NCBI RefSeq assembly: GCF_032062105.1
Contig: NW_026933337.1
Location: 434,001 to 498,000 of the forward strand
Origin: Saccostrea cucullata
Lineage: Eukaryota
Direction of reading: 5' to 3'
DNA: 64,000 nt
Part shown: positions 27,001 to 39,800 of the stretch, in pieces
Layout of the letters: each line of letters begins with the position of its first letter
Position numbering within the stretch: the stretch's first letter is position 1
Notes under the pieces: model-generated
Told to the model about the DNA's origin: nothing
Database searches by the model: none
What the model saw: only the letters and a program-made list of their open reading frames with translations
Translations under genes and position numbers: made by a program

Positions 27001-29765
27001 GTTACCTTACCCCAACACAATTCAAAAATCTTATAGAATACGCAGATGATCGCGGAGTCATGATTGTTCCATCTGTCAACGTTGGTGATAATGCACGTGC
27101 CATGGTAGTTGGAATGGAGGGTGCCATCAAGAGTGGTAAACAAGGGATTAGTCTGTTCGACCCGACAGACGAGGATTTGAGAATCTCTGGAAGATATCCC
27201 GGAAAAGACACCGCCATTAACCCATGCAGACCGGAAACCATGCAATTTGTAAACTATGTATTAAAGAGTTTAAAAAGAATTTACTCACAGGCCGGTATAC
27301 CATTGTCGAGGTTGCACTTTGGATCCGACTTCAACACCGAGCAGATGATGACCTCCAAACACTGTTTCCCTATAGCTCCCAGAAATGCAACAGAGTTACA
27401 AGCTGCTCGTTCCAAGCTAACAGCAATCAAAGCCGACTTCCTGGCACAACTTGGAGCACTATTTACCAGGGAGAACGTTGATATCAGCGGAACAGTAGAC
27501 TTTTTCACCGGTTTTCCCGACAACGAGTTTGTTTCCAGAATGACTATTATGGACAAATCCAAGCGATACCCCAATATCAGCGCTTTTGCCATTAACGATG
27601 ACTACATGAGATTCAATCCCCCAGCAGGTCCAAACTCGCGAATGGAGATCTACGCTAATCGTGCGCAACTTCTAAAGAACAACGGCTACAAGGTATTAAA
27701 TAATATCTGTAAAAGAAGAAGAGTAATTAAAGAAAGGAAATGGAATGATAGAGACGGGACGCTTGGTTTATCGATAATTTAATTTTTACACTAATTTTAA
27801 TTTTCTTGAGTCTCCAAACCCGACTGTATATTTATTAACAACAACAAGGACCAAAAAATAACGCACGGTCTAAAACAAACCTTTTCTTTCAGGTTTTGGT
27901 CTCACCACCACATAAGACAAAATTCGACACTGCCTACGAACCTGACCCCAACGCTCCCGGGGATTATAGCGTTGCCACAAGAAACGTGAGCTTACGCGAG
28001 GCTTTTGCTTGGGTTCCGAACAGCAGGTGCTGCAACCTTAACTTAGCTCCAGAACAAGTAGCCAATGAAGTCACAAAGCATGGCTGTCTTGCGAGTACAC
28101 TGTGTGATCCATTTGCTGACGGCATAACTAGTTTTGATGGTGAGTATTTTAAAGTATTTTATCATTTTGAAGTCATTTACCGGTAACATTATTCAAATAT
28201 AATGCACAACTGTTTACATTTAGAAGTATGTTTTGTCCATGCAATTTTAATATCGACATATTCGTCAAGTATAGGTATAAATTTCCATTTCAAATGACAA
28301 GTGGTAGCATCTTCATATTGGAAAATTCTTGATAGGGACGTTAAACAACAAAAAATCAAGTTTTGTTAAATTTTCATTAATGTTTTTCAAAACTTTTTGC
28401 AGGCACAATGGCTACTATTGATACCCGTAAGTTACCGAACATCAACACAACTCTCCAGCTTCTTACCCCTCGTCTCTTCAGCTTTGCGGAACGTTCTTGG
28501 CACGAGGCCCCATGGGAGGCCTCATTTACAGCAGCCACGCCCTATCAACCACCCCAAGCACAAAATCAGGCCATGGTGCCCCCATTAGATGTATCACCAA
28601 CTCTTAATCCAGACTTCACCGGGCTAGAAGAAGACTACCAGCGATTCAGGAGTATTATTGGTGCAAAGGAAGTCATGCGAGTCGCCAGCAAGGGAATTCC
28701 TGTATTCTGTTCAGCCCCTGGGGCAAGGTGCAAATTAATGCTTTATCTCGAGAAAAAAAACCCATAAAATAAAAGATCTTCTCTTTTGAAAAATTACGTC
28801 TGAAAGTTTAAGTCTGTACACAAAATACAAAACTTTTCAATGTTTTTGAACTATGTTTTTATAGAGTTGTAAGACAACCAACCGGTGACAAACTGGAAAC
28901 GTCCTGTATGTACCCTAACATGAAAGTGTATGTCAAAAACAATATGGGAGAATTTGAAGAAATGAAAACGATACCAACCACAAATGTGACGATAAAATGC
29001 CAGTATTATTTGCCTAGGTAAGAGCTAAAAGAACAAGTAACACTGAGGTGTCTAAACCTATAGCTACCTTCAAGTTGTCAAAATAAAATGCCTTTTTTTC
29101 AAGTATTATAACAAGAACCATTTTATTTCACAGTTTCCGACGCTTTTTTGAGTGCTATGAACAAGAGTTCAATTCAAACGTAAGTATAATTTTTCGCAAA
29201 GCTTTTCTTCAGTGCTGGCTATTCAACAATGTTTAAAATTACTTTATTAAAGCTGATCAGGATGAGAATATTTAATATGCAAATGAGTCTAATGAATATT
29301 CAAATTTATGTAAAATCATTTAAATAAGAAAACTAGTAAATTATGAATAACAGTTTGTTTTACAGAGAGAAAAAATGCCCTTCTTACGTGTATAGAGATA
29401 TAAATAAAAGCATAACCTTTGTTTTACAGCTCGATAAAACACCCTACGAACATGTTTATGATCATATACAACAAAGAGCAGAGGCTATGAGGAGGGAACA
29501 GGAAGCTCTCAGAATCCGTAATCAGCAAAACATCATGGAGATGGCAAGACGACAAGCTGCACAGCAAGCTGCATTCTTACAGCGACAGCAGCAGCAAGGA
29601 GGTGGGCAACAGGGTGGAGCTGGGCAACTTCCAGGAGCCGCGCAACTTGCAGGTGCCGGGCAACAAGGAAGAGGACAAGGAGGAGCACGGCGCCAAGGTG
29701 CAGGCCAGAGAGGGGCCGGACAGGCAGGGAGGGGGGCCCAACAGAGAAGACAAGCCGGGAGATAA
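24061..29765 (+). CDS. Secreted chitobiase-type GH20 beta-N-acetylhexosaminidase-like protein, paralog A (about 1024 aa, 9 exons, predicted catalytically inactive)
   Basis: Hand-spliced GT-AG exons 24061-24127, 25321-26016, 26133-26554, 26910-27692, 27893-28139, 28403-28727, 28865-29017, 29134-29179 and 29430-29765 join in frame (3075 nt). Signal peptide MWKLSVGGLVGIILCFQYAHS. Chitobiase motifs: DGPRFPERALHLDIASNF, KRCHDPKEEMCLFTQLGS, AINPC, YEPDP, PRLFSFAERSWH, PGAR. C-terminal Q/G/R/A-rich tail. Confidence 0.9.
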
Positions 29766-30169
29766 ATCGGTCAAGTCCTAAATTATAACATCATCTGGAT
29801 GTGTGTCCAATAGTACTGTTTGTATGATGAAGTAAATCCATTATTGTTTTCACAATTTTAGAATTTAATGAATGCTTTTTTTTAGTTTTTATATGAAAAA
29901 AATTGTCAACTTGACAAAAACTTTTTTTTGAGGATTTGAGAATTATGTGTTTTGTAAAGATAACAAATGCATAACTGTTACTTTATATTAAGAAAAAAAA
30001 GTTCTTAGTAATCCAATGATATTTTTGGGTTTTGTCTCCGAATGTGCAACTCTGAAAGCATTTTTTTAATAATTTAAATGAATAATGTACCCAACTCTAA
30101 TCATATTCTTCACTTAAATATATCTTTACACATATAAAAATTAATTACTGATCCCTGCTATTTGCTTAA

Positions 30170-30339
30170 GGAGGAATGTTCTTCTGCTAAGGAAGATAAA
30201 TTCATGAAGTGAGTTGTCTCAAACTTGACCTAACATGGTATACTTGGCTTGAATTTTGAATTGTATTCCTAATTTCTGTTAGAAAAGATGGTCCTTGCTT
30301 ACTTTTCCCATATTTTAGTGAGTAGAGGGACATTCTTCC
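30170..30339. mobile_element. TTAA-target MITE (Kolobok-like)
   Basis: TTAA|GGAGGAATGTTCTTCTGC ... GTAGAGGGACATTCTTCC|TTAA imperfect TIRs. A partial second copy lies at about 30955-31035. Confidence 0.6.
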
Positions 30340-30839
30340 TTAATTTATAATACAGGCCATATGTGTCTCTCTACAAAATCAATACGAATGTAAATTCATG
30401 CTTTTTCATACCAACACATTCTCTTCTGTATAAGCTACATAATTCCTGTTAGGAACTCTACATAATTTGACATGACCGTTATCTGTCTGTTTCATCAGAA
30501 AATAAATTCCAAGCTTGATGTGATCTGAAATACACCGTTGTTTCTATGTTTACGAATTTTCTAACTGTAAATCTGGTACACTTACATTAAATGTATGTCG
30601 AATTCTTATTTTTATATGTTTATACAAACTATGTAGTGATACAAAGTGATACATGATCTCATGAAAACTCTGTTATGATAATAATGATATTCTCATCCAG
30701 TGATTTGCATGCATTCATGGTGCACTCTATGATGTTGGTTGAATTAAAATTGGAAATGGGAGACACTGTGTTTTTATTTTTATTAAGCCCCTCATCTGAT
30801 ATGAAAAGTTACTTATGAACAATTTCTAAAATGAGGTCA

Positions 30840-31292
30840 TTTCTTGACAAATAAGTTGATGGCACAAGAATATTAATAGTCTCCTTTAAAGTCATCATAA
30901 GTGAACAATACAATAACCTTGTAAGTAAATACTATTTAACATTGTGATTTGTTCCTTATTAATCTTTATTTATCCCTAATTTCTGTTAGAAAAAGTTATC
31001 CTTGCTGACTCTACGCATATTTTAGTGAGTAGAGAGTAGAAATAGACTCCCAAATGTTGACTGATGTTTTTCAAGCAAAATGTTAGACCATTATTTTCAC
31101 ACCGAATTGCCGGCGGATTTTTTCGTTCTCTCTCGATCATGACAAGGTACACAGGGCGGGTGTGACCATCGCCAGGGAATGTTTTCTCCTCCATGGCACC
31201 TGTTTCCTCCTTTGATGTTTTGGAGGTCTGTGTTTGCTCTGCTCTTTATCTATATTGATTGAATAGACTGCTAAGTTTGAAAACTGTTCATT
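30840..31292 (+). mobile_element. Penelope-like 3' fragment interrupted by a MITE piece
   Basis: TGACAAATAAGTTGATG start; family 3' motif GGGCGGGTGTGACC..GGCACCTG at 31153-31215. Confidence 0.55.
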
Positions 31293-31904
31293 ATCTCCAT
31301 ATATTTCACACTTCTTAAAAGGTACCGGATATATTATTTGACAAATTTTGTAGTGTTCAAAATTTGTGTTTACCCTTATCCAACAAGTTGCGACCTTCGC
31401 CATTTGAAAAAAAAATCTCAAACCGGATATAATTAGTTAAGATGCAAATTGTGTTTGTTAAAAAAGAAAAGAAAAGAAAAACATTCAGTGGATGTCAGTA
31501 TTAGAGGGAACGTTTTTCAAACCGGATCAAACTAGTTCAGGTATAATAGCGTTTGATAATGAAGTGAAAATAATGAAAATACAAAATATATATTCGTAAG
31601 ATATGAGAGAAGTCATCTTTACATATATTTTATTTCGTTTACATTTTAATCTGCAACCGCTATTTTGTTCAAACAAAAATTGATGGAACAGTACTAATTT
31701 GTCATTAACTATGAGTGTTTCTAAGATGGAACAGTACTGATGTGTCATGAACTATGGGTGTTTCCAAGAATATGTATTTGGTCAACACCATTTGTATATA
31801 ATTTTTAAAATCTCTCATAATGACAAAAATGTTTTTGAACAAATTACGATGTATTTACTTAAATCGTTATTTTTTAAAAAAAGTTAAAGCAACATGCTAC
31901 TTTT

Positions 31905-32016
31905 AAAAGTGTGCAGAGGTTTATGAACCTTGACTGGATTTAAACTGATTTGACGAAAACATTAAAAAAGTGTGCAGAGGTTTATGAAGCTTGACTGGAT
32001 CCTTAAACTGATTTGA
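31905..32016. repeat. ~50-bp direct duplication
   Basis: AAAAGTGTGCAGAGGTTTATGAA.CTTGACTGGAT..TTAAACTGATTTGA occurs twice, about 61 bp apart. Confidence 0.75.
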
Positions 32017-32290
32017 TTGCCATTGTGAAAACATGACATATAAGGCAAAACATTGACACTGCCATTTTATTCATGTGGGAGGCGGGGGGTATCATTTAGT
32101 GAGCTTATTGCTCACAGTACCTCTAGTTTTTGAAATATTGGCAAAGAAAAAGAAATTCAAAGTCCGAGCTTGGTAAAAGGTATGTTGTGATATTTTTGTG
32201 TGACATGTCAATTGAAATAAGGCCATTACATGTTACTATAAATTGAGGGTAGATATGTAAGATTCGTCCAGGTCACATTTTAACGAAATC

Positions 32291-32578
32291 TTTATGCGCC
32301 CGGTTCGATAGGTCGAGGGCGCGCCATATTGCCCTGTCTGTCTGTTTGTCTGTATGTTGTTAACTTTAACATTAGCCATAACTTTTGAACCATGAAAGAT
32401 AGAGACGTCATATCTGGTATACTTACTCCACTAATTGAGCTCTTTCAAATGACATGAAGGTCAATTCTGTCTGTCTGTCAACTTAACCTTTGCCTTAACT
32501 TTTGAACCATGAAAGATAGAGACTTCATATTTGGTATACTTACTCCACTAATTTAGCTCTTTAAGATACCAAGGTCAT
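32291..32578 (+). mobile_element. Helentron-like element 5' fragment
   Basis: TTTATGCGCCC head with hairpin, (CTGT)n, and two repeat units related to the reverse complement of 8908-9661. Confidence 0.6.
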
Positions 32579-33896
32579 TGTATGCCCTCCTGGTCTTTAA
32601 GTACAAAAATTATTGTGTTGGATTTTACTGTTTCAATGTCTTCATAAGATTTAATTCGCTTTAATTCTCTTGAAAACTTTCTAAGATTTCTCAGTGATAT
32701 CCATTCATTGGTCGCAAAGCAATGACTGATCACACTCTCAGAGAAAGCAATGTAACCATCAATAGTAGCAGAATACCATGAATGTGACATGCAATATCCA
32801 ATCTTCTATTCGCACAAGCACAACATGACCTTCCAATTACCATCTGTTCAAAAGCCACCGGGGCTTTCAGAGATCGATCTAATGTACACTCAAGGGTCTC
32901 ACAATAATCTCAAAGACGTTCTTGTGTGTAAAAGGTCCTAAATGGCCATTGGTAGATCAAAGAAACAATCCATGATCTCTCTTTTTTTAGTCGTTCTTTG
33001 AGAGACTACTTTAGAAATCACAGTTGAAAGACTGTTTTGCAAAAACCTTGGATACCTCTGGAAGATTCTTGAGAGTAGGGCGATGACTGGGCGACTGTTG
33101 AAAGATCTCTGAGAGATCTAGCCAACTTTGCAAAACGAAGCAATAAACCAATCATCAATCGCAAACCTCTGTATGAAAGGGATTTTAATACTATATATTT
33201 ACTGCGTGGGTTTGAAGGCAACAGGTGTTTTGTCAAACCTAAGAACTCAGCTGTCTGCAAGTGACCGTGGGTCAAAGCAGACAGGGGTCAACAAAACGCA
33301 CTTTCCCCAAATTAACAGTCAATGAATAATTATTATCATATATCTATTATTTTTTGTTTTGACTTGCATATATGTATCTTCCGCTCAATAAAAAGGGCTA
33401 AAACAACTGATTGTAGGCATTTTATTATTTTTTAAATCGGATTTACACATTTTTATGTCTAAACTAAACGTATAAAATTAATGCAAATCAATTTGCAATA
33501 CATTAATGAATTTTCTCATGTACATGCACAAAGAGAAACACCTTAAGACATCCCCGAAGCCCCTTCCCCTACCGCGGTAAATTTGATTCAGTAAAGTTTT
33601 CTTATTTTTGTCTCATTCTTAAATTTTTGTTAGTTGAATCCACCTTATTTTCGCCATTCCTGAATCGTATATTGCAGTATAAAATAAACTCATTGAGTTC
33701 TGTGAAAACCTAAACATTGTTTAAGATATCGAACTCATTGCTTCTTAATTATGAAACATAAAAGTTAAACACACAATATAATAACACATCATACAGTAAT
33801 TCTGCTAATAAACAACAGAGGTATATATCACAAAATATTTGTCATGAAGTCATTATTGTTGACACAGAACTATTTTCTTTATATAATGGCTTTGGT

Positions 33897-36800
33897 TTAT
33901 GGTTTGGTGGTGGACGTCAGGGATACATCTATGGGTGGAACAGTGGAACCAAACTCGGGCGGTATTCCTATTCCCGGAGGAGGTGCTATAAGTCCCGCTT
34001 CTACAAGTCTCTCTAGCACATTTCTGGGCCTCTGAAAGACCAAAACCCCCAGATTGTTAGAGTTACTTCATGTAATGTGTATTTCATTAACGTCATCGTC
34101 ATTTTTTTTTATGTTTTTCCGTTATCAATTTCATATTTCAAAAAAAGTTTAGTAAAAATAAAACCGACCTCTAGAACATAATTGTCTACTTTGCTGTATC
34201 TGTTATTTGCGGCGTTTCTGAAATGTAGATAGTAGAATAATCATAGTAATTTTGTTTCTTTACTGATAAAATTAACACAATCTTAAACAATTATATAAAA
34301 GCAATTCACGCATGATAAAAATATATATCTTTCCATAATGTTATACAAAAAATAAACCACACACACACCTGGTTCTATAGGCCAGTACTCTCATTTTTAG
34401 ATTTGTAATGTCAGTAGCTGGCTTAATGTCCGCCCACTGGTTTTGACCTCCTTGCACTTGGGGTTGTAGATCTGGATATGCAACGTCCGTGTGTAACACG
34501 TGTTTTATGGTATTGTTTGCATCTTTGTAGGTCATATTTCTTAAAAAAATAATGATAATAATATTGTGAAAAGAATACTAGCTTGAAGACCCAACAACTC
34601 ATGCATTGGCGTCCATGATTTCAAATATTTTGAAGCGGTTAACTTTAGAGTTAACCATCAACCATACCTAGCTCCTGGCGGTGGAATTCTGGGATTGACT
34701 CCATATGCTTCCAACCTCTTAAGTTCACGGTGGCCAATCATGCTAGCTACACGAGCCCAATCGGCATCACGTGCTGGAAAATCCGGTACGGGGTAGTCCT
34801 CGTTGACGTTCGTGCGGACTTTGTAGGACGATTCCCAGGGTGCTCGGTGCCAGGCTCTCTCAGCAAAAACAATCAAGCGTGGAAACAACAGCCCAAATAA
34901 CTGGTCCTCCGTCCTTATTCTTGCTGTCCAAACTTGTGCCTGCATTCCTGTAAAAAGCAACCTTCTGTTGTGATCAAGTTTATTTTATCGGTTGAAAAAG
35001 AGAGAAACACCAACAAAGTAACATGTTTTAGCAATTTTTAATGTATTATAATTTCTAGTAGTTTGGGTTTAATTACGATTTACTATTTTGGGGCATTGTG
35101 TTAGTCTCACTTGCATTGGTATTTGTTAAGCTGTCTGACGATGATCAATCCAAATGTCTATTCGTCTGTCCGAGATCTTTTTTTAATTATTTTTAAAAAA
35201 GCTACTTTTGAAGTAGCATTTAGAAGCAATCAAAAAAGATTTGACAGACAAAAAAGACGGACAAAGATAATCGGTGATGGATATGGATAGGACTTATGCT
35301 AAGATTGAGAGCAGATAACCAAGACAAAACAACTTTACCATTAACACTTAATAGAGGAGACAACCATAGGAACTTGCAGAAAGGGAAAGAAAGACAACTT
35401 TGTTGAGATCATGGTATGAAACCGCTAAAAGTACAGAGAGGACTGGAACACTGAAGACAAAAGTTAATTTGCCATAGAGAAAACTGGGGATTTTGAGAAA
35501 ACTAACAAAAAAGTAGAGAAAAAATACCGTAATGGTGAATCCAAAAATCTGGCAGAATTGGTTACTGTATTTATGTGGAAGGCAAAGTGAAAACACTTTT
35601 GCCAAAACTTACCTGTAACATTCTGTGGCTGTTTAGCTTCTAAGCAGTTGCTATCGTCTATACATCCATATGGAGCAAATGGCATTTTACCAAAGGTGAA
35701 TTCATCGGGTATTAGGTTACAGCAGCGATGCTCAGGAAGATAAGAGAACACTCGAAGAGGATCAATGAATCGGATAGCCCAATAATCCCCGGGGCTTTCT
35801 GGGTCCGCCTCAGGAGCGTGATCAAAACTCAGGAAATCTGACTGCGACAAGATGACCTGAAGGGAAAATAAAAAATATTCTTTAATCCCCTACAAAAAAT
35901 ATATTAGTGAAGATTAACATCATTGCTAACAATTCTGAAGCCCTGACAGATATTTTAAGGGACTGTTTCATAGTACATCGAAGTATAGTAAAATAGTAAC
36001 TCCAAGCAAAAAAAAAAAAAGGCAAATTAAATTTTGATATGTCTGTACGTTTACTGCCTTAAACTTTTAAATGATTTTATAGAATACGGTAGATCTTTCT
36101 ACAAAGAAGTTATTTTTGAAGAAGACATGAACCTTTACCTTGTAGCCATTATTAGTAAGAGCAGTCGCTCTCTGAATGAAAACATCGTTTTGTGAATTCC
36201 TTGTATGAACGGTTATTTCCAAATTTTCTGGGTATCGATTGACATCAAAAGGAACCAAGGGCCCCCCTCTAGGATCTGTCGTGGGCCATGCCATAAAGAA
36301 CTCCTCAAATCCAGAAAGGTTAACTCCATTATCAGCAGCAATCTTGGCAATCTGTGTCGTAAAGTTCACTTTGATACGCATGAATGGATCAGGCCCATCG
36401 TAAGTAAGGTTCTTGCAATAGGAGGAATTCAACCATGCAGCAGCCGGGGAATCATCTCCTCCAATATTGACACGCTCCAGTGGCACCTTAGCCTCATTAT
36501 GATACGATTTGATTTCTTTCAAAACGGTATCAAAAAATTTGAAAGTTGACGGCATGCATGGATTTATGGCAGAATCATCAAACAACGTGTCTGTAAGATA
36601 AACGTGTTCGGTTTGTACGTCATGGAGATTGTAATCGGTGGTGTTCGTTCTTCTGGAGTATTCGTTCATTGCAATAACTGCAGCACGAGCACGGCCAGCT
36701 ATGTTGATGCTAGGGATGATTTCAATGTTACGGTCTCGAGCTGCTTTAAGAATATCTTGATAGTCTTTTTTCGTGAAATATCCAGACCCAATACCGCTGC

Positions 36801-39800
36801 CGCTCGGGTTTGAACCCAACTGGGAAAACAGACAAGTCCTCTCTTGCAAGTCATGACAACGTTTTCCTCCAATCTGCAATGACATAAAAAAGTGTTTTAT
36901 ATTCTTTGAAAAATGTTACACAGAAGCAACCAATACAATACAAAAATATAAAAGCCCACCGCGGTATCTTTACTATATATATGTTTGCATATTTGTTACC
37001 TATTTTTTGAAATCATCTATAACTGAACAATAAAGGAGTCAAAACATCACCTTGGCTAACTCCGGAAGTGCCTCGATGTCCAAACGCCAACCTTCATCGT
37101 CCGCCAGATTCAGTTGGAGTTTGTTCAGTTTGAATAAAGCCATTACTTCTAACAACTTAATAATGGTGGATTTTGGAAAGAAATTCCTGGCAACATCAAA
37201 CAAGAGTCCTCTGTGGTTAAATCGGGGTTCGTCTGTAATTGTCATGGTGGGAATGGTACCTCCGAAGGCCAGCAAGCTGAACAGTGATTGGATTCCGTTA
37301 AACACGCCACCCACGGAGTTCCCTAATATGTCTACCCTATCTGGTTTAGAAGTAATTTTTAAGGTATATCCCTCGGGATTTTCTTTCGTTGCGTTTTTCT
37401 TTATTCTGAGTTGTATGACTCTGTTTGAGGTGGGTTTTAGATTCCTGATTTTGGATCCCTTTATAGACTCTGCAAAAAAAAAACGACAGAAATGAAAATT
37501 AAAAAGTAAAAGTTTGATTAATGGTTTAGCATTCAACTACATCCACCATTTTTAGATTATCTCTTACTTTGTATGTACTTGGCGACTCCGGATAGGCTTC
37601 TGAAACGATCCCTGTCTATTCTCCATTTCTTGTCAATAGTAACGGTTTCATTTCCAAGCGTCTGCTTTACTGGGGTGGGTAGAATGGACGTTTTGATGGA
37701 TTCAAGGTCAGTGAAATTGTATCCCCGGTAACGTTCGAATGGTGAGGGTGGTATACCCATCACATCGTTCGGTATTCCCCTCATGAACTCAACAAAAGTT
37801 GTGTGAGGGGCGACGAATGTTGCATCAGGACTTTTGGTATTTTCAATAATTTGCTGATGTGTGCCATTTGACAGATACCAGTTTGGAAAGATGTCATATC
37901 GGGATATAGCCCAGTTGGAAGCCAGGAACGAAATATTTCGGAGCTCTCCTGGTTGCAATGGTAGGTTCTGAAAAACTTTGTTGTCACCATTGTATGGGTC
38001 AAATTTGAACATGCAACCTTTAACATGCGTCAGAGTTATATTCCCAGAAAGAATCAGGCCTCCTCCAATATACTGGTTTATCGTGGCGTTGTAGTATACA
38101 GGTTGAATAAGGGTGTGGTGACAGAAATAGATGCTCCAGTTTGCGGCAGGAATTGGTGTCGTACCAACATTCTCTAGAGTTACGTTAGCAAAATAAGTTA
38201 CAGTTGCGTACGGCGTGAGTACCCCATTTCTTACTACGTCATATGTTATTTTTAGATCTTTGGCAATCCTGTCAATATCTACACACCAAACTTTTCCTGA
38301 AATAATAAAAAGGTATTTTGCAAAATTGTTATGTAAGTTGGGTACATATTTTATTTCACTGAAAATTATTCCTAGATTCCTCTGACTTTTTACCCTTTAA
38401 CAAATAATTCTGAGACAGCGACCATCAGAATTTCGGAGCGTTACATAGATCTGATTTTCGGGAAGGGTGTATTCAAACGGAAAACTTAACTGTACACATT
38501 TTTGCGCGTAGAGGCTGAACTTGTCTTTTGTCCCAAGTTTCAGTTTTTTCACGAAGTATATATTTTTTTTATTTTTACACTGCTCTAATAAACACAATCA
38601 CCAAAAAGAAATATCAAATTCATTTATCAATAATTTTCTTAAATCTTGTTTGACCTTAATTTCTTTTCTCATACTGTGTCGTTTAATCATCATTAATTAT
38701 TTTTTTTAATTATTAAAATCATGGTTAAAGCAATACGATAGTACTTCTAAGAATATCAAGTAAAATGTATTCCAGGCAGCAATAAAATCAGATTTTATAT
38801 TAAGCCTGTGGCATATTTCGTCGAAACAATTATTTTGGACAATAATTATATCATAATTAACAAACAAGAATTAGTATGTCCTCAGGATAGTTGTAAACGT
38901 CTGTATCAGACTGTTTTGTAATTAGGCTGTCTCTCTTAATCACCTAATAATAATTACATACAAATTGTAACAACATTTTTACTATCAGATGACGTGACGT
39001 ACTGACAGTATTGATCTTAGTCTTTAGTTTATCGTGGTAACCAAAAAACGACGTCGCTTCGAACACTCTTGAGCACCGTTGGTCTTTTGTGGGATTTTTA
39101 ACTTCTAACTCTTGCGATAGTCAAGTTTTTTTTTTTTAAGTTTTCATATCTCAATATTTATTTAACCAATGAAGTAGGACCTGTTCTTCCAAAAAATATA
39201 CACGAGGAAGTCCCATCCTCGGCTTCTGAAAATCAGGAGTTGAGAAATTGAAAATCCTCACAAAATTGTCTCTGAATTTTCAAAGTATAATAGGGAAACT
39301 ATAAAATCTCAAATATTATTTTAGGTAATGTAAATAATGGGACTCGATATGCATTTTTTAATCAAATAATATTGATCACCAAATATATTTTAGATCGTAG
39401 ATATTCAGGCATTTGGAAAAGATTTTTTTAAATAAATATGTTTATGCTCCTTTAGTTCCATAAGTCCGTTTCTATGTTTTCAGAAAACCTTGAATCATAT
39501 TAAGTTGCATGAAATGAAAATTGTTGCAAGAAAATATTTCAAATTCAAGCTTCATTTTGAGAATTTTTAAAATCAATAATTTTGAGAGTTATCATTCCTG
39601 ACTGAGGAGCGGATATCCTTAACTAGAGCAAACAACCCCCTCCCCTCTAAAATAAATCCAAATAGGGCCTTGCTTATGTTCCCAAGTTTTAAAACCCTCT
39701 TAATTTAAAACTGACTGCTAAACATGCGATTTTTCCTAAATATACGACTGAAATACGACTACTTATTAACAATACATTTAAAAGAGTTTAAATATGTTTA

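Noticed and set aside
26991-37495. Antisense ORFs overlapping GH20 exons (27281-27592, 36205-36549, 37052-37495, 33844-34035)
   Set aside because: They are shadow frames of real exons with no recognisable motifs.
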